Shown one piece after another: positions 59,268-64,000 of a stretch of DNA of 64,000 nucleotides. Numbering within the stretch: the first letter of the stretch is position 1; each line of letters begins with the position of its first letter. The notes under the pieces were generated by a model. It searched no databases, was not told the origin of the DNA, and saw only the letters and a program-made list of their open reading frames with translations. A program made the translations under genes and the position numbers. Source of the DNA: Candidatus Zhuqueibacterota bacterium (GTDB lineage: Bacteria > Zhuqueibacterota > Zhuqueibacteria > Thermofontimicrobiales > Thermofontimicrobiaceae); NCBI GenBank assembly GCA_049322915.1, contig JBMOPW010000026.1, forward strand, positions 96,001-160,000, written 5' to 3'.

Positions 59268-59883
59268 TTAAGGCTCAATGCCTAATATCAGCAGAGGTAC
59301 CGGAGGTGAATTTCTTCCCTGTCGCATGACATTATAAACTTCACCTTCGTAATAGGCAATCCCAGAAGACATCTGAGATTGCATGACCTTCGTTGGTAAT
59401 ACCTCAATCCCCAAATCGATCACTCCTGCCGTGTAAAATAGCATATGTTTTACAAAGAGGTCATACGCGACGAAAGCATATTTACCGAATTGGACTTCTA
59501 CGGCAATTTTTTCTTTGACAAAATCAGTCTGGTTATAGGAAAAAAATCGGTTCAGTTTCTCCATGTTCAATTAAAAATTTTTTCTGTTCTTTTGCCGAAA
59601 GCGAAATGCTTTTTTCCATTAATTCACGATTCAGAGTTATATAATATTGATACCGACTTTCTTTCCAGTTTTTTTTATCAAACTTCTTTTCGATGGCTTT
59701 ATTAATTTCAACAGGGCTGTACAGTATGCGACCGCTTTTTGTTTTCTCTTTACTTATTTTGGTTTTGAAATGATCAGCATCTAATGTAATGATAATATTT
59801 TTAATCTCTTCATACAAATCATTATGATGAACAATCAGGTATTCTTCTCCATTCAGATGCGAATAAATTTTTGATATTTTCAT
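59268..59883 (-). pseudogene. BglII/BstYI-family type II restriction endonuclease, +1 frameshift
   Basis: YSHLNG.E N-terminal half and YNQTDFVKEKIAVEVQFGKY C-terminal half are in different frames; deleting one A from A7 at 59540-59546 restores EPIFSYNQTD. Confidence 0.85.
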
Positions 59884-60824
59884 TGTAATTTCCCTTCGCT
59901 GTTTCCAAATAGCCATTCTTCCGGAAGTTTGGCAACTTTGTCTTTTGGGGAAGGTGTATGAATCGGTTTATTAATTGGTCTCGTTTTCAATGTACCATTT
60001 AATAATTGCATTATTCTTTCTTTGGCCTTCTCAACATATTTCTCTTCTTTTTCTATTCCAATAACATTTCTATTTGTTTTGATAGCAGCTATCAATGTAG
60101 ATCCGACACCAGCATAAGGATCCAATACCCAGCCATTTTCACTCGTCAATGCTAATATACATCTTTCGACGAGCTCGACAGGAAATTGACATGGATGTTC
60201 AGTCTTCTCCGGGTGATTGGATTTAACATTGGGAATATCCCACATCGATTTTTCCCAATCGTTGAGAATAATTTCCCAGACGTCAGAAGGGTTTTTCCCG
60301 TTAGGATTGCCAGATAATTGCCCTTTCTTTGGTCCTTTAAAATATTTTTTCCCTGGATATTTGTGAGGGATCCTAACGCTGTCTAAATTGAAGATATAAT
60401 CATTTCCTTTCGTGAACCAGAGAATAGTTTCATATCGTCCGGAGAATCTTTTAGAGGCATGCAGCCCATGACCAAAATACCAGATAATTCTGTTTCTCAA
60501 ATGAAGATTATATTTTTTAAATATTTGGTAATAGAATATATCAAGAGGAAAAACTTCTCCATCCTTAACATAGTTGCCTACCTGCCAACAGATGCTACCT
60601 CTTGCTGAAGTAACACGAATTAATTGTTTTATCACTTCTTCCTGTCGCTCTAAATATTTTTCAATCGACTGTTTTGTTTCATATTCCTTACCAACATTAT
60701 AGGGTGGTGAAGTAATTACAAGGTCAAATTGGTTATTCTTGAAATTTAATATACTCTCAAGAGTATCGCCTGAGATAACCTCATACTGAGATTTATTATT
60801 AAACTCTGAAAATAATTCGCTCAT
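59880..60824 (-). CDS. Amino-DNA methyltransferase, beta class (probably N4-cytosine)
   Basis: Motif IV TSPPYN precedes motif I VLDPYAGVGST; HPCQFP; ATGA coupling to the endonuclease; AT-rich. Confidence 0.93.
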   Translation of the reverse strand: MSELFSEFNNKSQYEVISGDTLESILNFKNNQFDLVITSPPYNVGKEYETKQSIEKYLERQEEVIKQLIRVTSARGSICWQVGNYVKDGEVFPLDIFYYQIFKKYNLHLRNRIIWYFGHGLHASKRFSGRYETILWFTKGNDYIFNLDSVRIPHKYPGKKYFKGPKKGQLSGNPNGKNPSDVWEIILNDWEKSMWDIPNVKSNHPEKTEHPCQFPVELVERCILALTSENGWVLDPYAGVGSTLIAAIKTNRNVIGIEKEEKYVEKAKERIMQLLNGTLKTRPINKPIHTPSPKDKVAKLPEEWLFGNSEGKLQ

Positions 60825-61069
60825 TTTTTTCTAACCTGGGTTTAAATGGAAATAGTTAAATTTTAATCCGATACAAGATAAAAAAAATATTACTTGAATT
60901 CAATATTTTTTTTAGGTTTTATTCCACCTTTCTTTTTTCCAATTTTAGTGTAAGTATTGGTCGGAGACCGGGATGAAAATGCTTCATCGCCTGATGTGCT
61001 GCAACCGCCCTGACGTTTCTCCTTGCTCCGTTAAAATTCAATTTTATATTGCAGGATGGCAGAAATTTT

Positions 61070-62494
61070 TCACAGTTCAATGACCACCATCCGAATATTG
61101 GTCATCTCCTCGATGGCGTATTTCAACCCTTCGCGACCAATGCCGCTCTCTTTATTGCCGCCGTAAGGCATGTGATCAACGCGATAGGTGGGGATGTCGT
61201 TGATGATGATCCCGCCGGCATTGATTTTTTTCACGGCTTTGAATGCCCGATTCAAGTCCTGCGTGTAGATGCCGGCCTGGAGTCCATACTTGGAATTGTC
61301 GACCATTTCCAGCACCTCGTCGAAATTGTCATAGGGCAAAATAGAAACCACCGGGGCGAAGATTTCGTCGGAGACGACTTTCATGGCCGGCGTGACATTC
61401 GTCAGCACGGTGGGTTCGTACATCTGGCCGGTCCGTTTCCCTCCGATCAATATTTCCGCTCCAGCTTCGGCGGCTTCGTTGACCCACATCTCAGCGCGCT
61501 CTGCTTCGTGAATGTCGATCATGGGACCCACATCGCAGTTCTTATTCAATGGATCGCCCACGACCTGTTTCTTTGTGGCCGCGACGAATCGCGCGGTGAA
61601 CGCGTCGAGGATGGTTTGCTGCACATAAATTCGCTGGACGGAAATGCACACCTGGCCCGAGTTGGCGAAGCTGCCCATCACGCAGCGTGGAATGGCTTTG
61701 TCCAGGTCCGCGTCTTCGCAGATGATCACCGGGGAATTGTTGCCGAGTTCCATGGTGTATTTCTTCAGTCCGCCGCGGCTGATAATATATTTTCCCACCG
61801 ATGGACTGCCGGTGAATGTAATCATGGCGACGCGCGGATCAGTCACCAGCCAGTCGCCGACCGTGGATCCGCCTCCCATGATGATATTGATGCCACCATC
61901 CGGCAGGCCGGCCTCCATCAGCAGCTCGCCGAGCTTTAAGGCGGTCAGCGGCGTGCTGGTGGCCGGTTTAAGCACAAGGCTGTTGCCGGCGGCAATGGCC
62001 GGCGCCACTTTGTGCGCCACCAGGTTCAGCGGAAAATTGAATGGGGAAATGGCGCCAATCACGCCAATGGGCGTGCGGATGAAAAAACCCATCCGTTTCT
62101 CAGAGCCGACGCTGGCATCCATGGGAACTGTCTCGCCGTGAATTTGCTTCGCCTCCTCCGCCGCGAACTTGAACGTCTCCACAGCGCGACCCACCTCGCC
62201 AATGGCATATTTCCAGGCTTTGCCGGCCTCGCTGGCAATGAGTGTGGCCAGCTCGTTCCGGTGCTTCTGAATCAGCGCGGATGTCTTTTCCAGAATGGCG
62301 GATCGCTGATGGGCTGGCATATCAGCCATTGTTTTGAACGCCGCCCGGGCGCTGGCGATGGCTTTGTCCACATCCTGTTTCGTTGCTTTGGGCACCGTGC
62401 CGATCAATTCGTGGTTATAGGGATTGACGACTTCAATGGTTTCGTTGCCGGATTGCCACTGGCCATTGATGAGCATTTTATATCTTTCAAACAT
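61070..62494 (-). CDS. Aldehyde dehydrogenase family protein
   Basis: SPFNFPL, LKPA, FTGS, MELG, GQVC, EIFAP, MPYGG.K.SG.GREG. Confidence 0.95.
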   Translation of the reverse strand: MFERYKMLINGQWQSGNETIEVVNPYNHELIGTVPKATKQDVDKAIASARAAFKTMADMPAHQRSAILEKTSALIQKHRNELATLIASEAGKAWKYAIGEVGRAVETFKFAAEEAKQIHGETVPMDASVGSEKRMGFFIRTPIGVIGAISPFNFPLNLVAHKVAPAIAAGNSLVLKPATSTPLTALKLGELLMEAGLPDGGINIIMGGGSTVGDWLVTDPRVAMITFTGSPSVGKYIISRGGLKKYTMELGNNSPVIICEDADLDKAIPRCVMGSFANSGQVCISVQRIYVQQTILDAFTARFVAATKKQVVGDPLNKNCDVGPMIDIHEAERAEMWVNEAAEAGAEILIGGKRTGQMYEPTVLTNVTPAMKVVSDEIFAPVVSILPYDNFDEVLEMVDNSKYGLQAGIYTQDLNRAFKAVKKINAGGIIINDIPTYRVDHMPYGGNKESGIGREGLKYAIEEMTNIRMVVIEL

Positions 62495-62579
62495 ACACCC
62501 TCCTCCTGGGATTGATTGTCATGTCGACCTGCTTCTGGCTGCACGAAATGTCAGGTTCGATTTTCAACCGACCGGGTCA

Positions 62580-63254
62580 TTAATTTTTCGAGAGCAAACT
62601 TCTGGTGACAATCCTGATGAAGCGCAACGTATCCGCACCCCGATGGATGTGGCTTTTCTGATCCCCATAAATTGTTTTTATGGGCACATGCGCGAGCCTG
62701 CATTTCTGAATCAACAGTTTAACCAGTAATTCGGACTCCATTTCGTAGCGATCGCTGGTCAGATGAATCCGGCGCAGTGACTCAGTGGTCATCAGGCGGT
62801 ACCCATTTTGGCTATCCCGCACCCGCTGCCCGGTGAAAAGAGAAATGAGCAGCGAGGTTGTTTTATTGCTGAATTGACGGTCCAACGGCATAGCTGAAAA
62901 GTCGTGGGTGCGGTCGCCCAAAACAAGATCCGCTCTTTGTTCAATATAGCATTGAACAAATTTGGGAATTTCACGGGGGTCATGCTGCATGTCGGCATCG
63001 AGGGAAATGACAGCCTCGTACGAGTGTTCCAGCGCGTAGTTAAAACCGTGTCGCAGGGAATATCCTTTCCCGCGATTGGTCTCATTGTGCAAAAGGATCG
63101 CGCCGGATTCCCTGGCGACAGCAGCGGTGCCATCGGTGGATCCGTCATCAATCACGACAATATCCCGGGACGCCACATAGCCTTTCACCCCGCGGATGAC
63201 GTCGCCGATTGTGGTTTCAGCATTATAGGCCGGGATTATGACACAGACATTCAT
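62580..63254 (-). CDS. Glycosyltransferase family 2 (DPM1-like polyprenyl-phosphate GT)
   Basis: IPAYN, DDGSTD, NRGKG, DADMQHDP, DSQNGYR. Confidence 0.9.
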   Translation of the reverse strand: MNVCVIIPAYNAETTIGDVIRGVKGYVASRDIVVIDDGSTDGTAAVARESGAILLHNETNRGKGYSLRHGFNYALEHSYEAVISLDADMQHDPREIPKFVQCYIEQRADLVLGDRTHDFSAMPLDRQFSNKTTSLLISLFTGQRVRDSQNGYRLMTTESLRRIHLTSDRYEMESELLVKLLIQKCRLAHVPIKTIYGDQKSHIHRGADTLRFIRIVTRSLLSKN

Positions 63255-63260
63255 TGCTGT

Positions 63261-64000
63261 TTATTTTCCCTGCATCAAACGAATCACGCTGTCCGCAATC
63301 ATTTTGGCTGAAGAAGGATGATAAAACTTCTGGCTGTTCGCCTTGATTTTGGAGAGCTTTTCTTCATCGAAAATCAGTCTTCGAATTCGGTCCGCCAATA
63401 GCGTTGGCGTCAGGTCTTTTTGAAGGATCATCTCGGCCGCGCCGGCGTCCATCAGCACGCGGGCGTTTTTTTCCTGATGGCCTTCTGCTGCATGTGGCAG
63501 CGGGACAAAAATAGCCGGCAGTCCGGATTGAACGAGTTCGGCAATGGTGATGGCGCCGGATCGGCAAAATGCCAGGTCCGCGCATGCATAGGCTTCGGAC
63601 ATAGTGTAGATGAACGGCTGAATATAGAGCCGGTGCGGCAAGGCGGCGCACGCCCGTTTCATCGGTTCGAAATCCGATTCCCCTGTCTGCCAGATCAATT
63701 GAATGTCCGTGGCCAGGAGAGGAAGCGTTTCCAGCATCGCCTTATTCAACGCGGCTGCACCCTGGCTGCCGCCAAAAAGTAGCAGCGTTTTTTTGGCTGT
63801 GTCAAGGCCAAATTTCGCCAATGCTTCGGCGCGCGAGATGCCGCCTGTCGACATTCGGACAGGGTTGCCGGTGATTTTAAATTTGGAATCATCCCTGACC
63901 TTTTTCAAATGATGCCTGGCCTCTTCAAAAGCGAGGTGGATTTCGTCGACGCGCGAGGCCAGTATTTTCGTGGTGATGCCGGGATAGCTGTTCTGCTCCT
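63261..64000 (-). CDS. murG: MurG lipid II GlcNAc transferase (GT28), 5' part outside window
   Basis: EQNSYPG, TGNPVR, GGSQGA, WQTG, CRSGA.T.AE, HQEKNA. Confidence 0.9.
   Translation of the reverse strand, partial: EQNSYPGITTKILASRVDEIHLAFEEARHHLKKVRDDSKFKITGNPVRMSTGGISRAEALAKFGLDTAKKTLLLFGGSQGAAALNKAMLETLPLLATDIQLIWQTGESDFEPMKRACAALPHRLYIQPFIYTMSEAYACADLAFCRSGAITIAELVQSGLPAIFVPLPHAAEGHQEKNARVLMDAGAAEMILQKDLTPTLLADRIRRLIFDEEKLSKIKANSQKFYHPSSAKMIADSVIRLMQGK

Overview
Chromosomal window of a roughly 50% GC diderm bacterium, probably FCB-adjacent (KSB1/Calditrichota-like; inferred only from a C-terminal NYPNPFNPETTI.Y sorting/FlgD-Ig domain and general gene style). Housekeeping content: uvrA, tmRNA (tag ADNYAYALAA), nudC, kbl, partial murG, tricorn protease, M29 aminopeptidase, an ECF sigma/anti-sigma pair and several hydrolases. 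Three accessory systems stand out. (1) A co-oriented phytate/inositol-phosphate locus (32.1-42.5 kb): IolG-like dehydrogenase, organophosphate:Pi antiporter, a ribokinase-family enzyme with the RxGRGD signature of PPi-dependent myo-inositol kinase, LacI with a palindromic operator, a destroyed secreted metallophosphoesterase-like gene, TonB-dependent receptor and lipoprotein beta-propeller phytase. (2) A four-to-five-layer nested stack of miniature elements (36.56-37.64 kb) with readable terminal inverted repeats and target-site duplications, centred on a nonsense-inactivated GxxExxY gene; relatives of the layers are scattered across the window. (3) A 13-kb surface-glycan/glycolipid cluster with four paralogous membrane GT2s, two radical SAM enzymes, methyltransferase, deacetylase, flippase-like protein, Wzi and PilZ. 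There is also an AT-rich BglII/BstYI-type restriction-modification islet whose endonuclease is frameshifted in an A7 run. No CRISPR, rRNA, tRNA, integrase or transposase was found. All product calls come from motif recognition by eye, not database searches.
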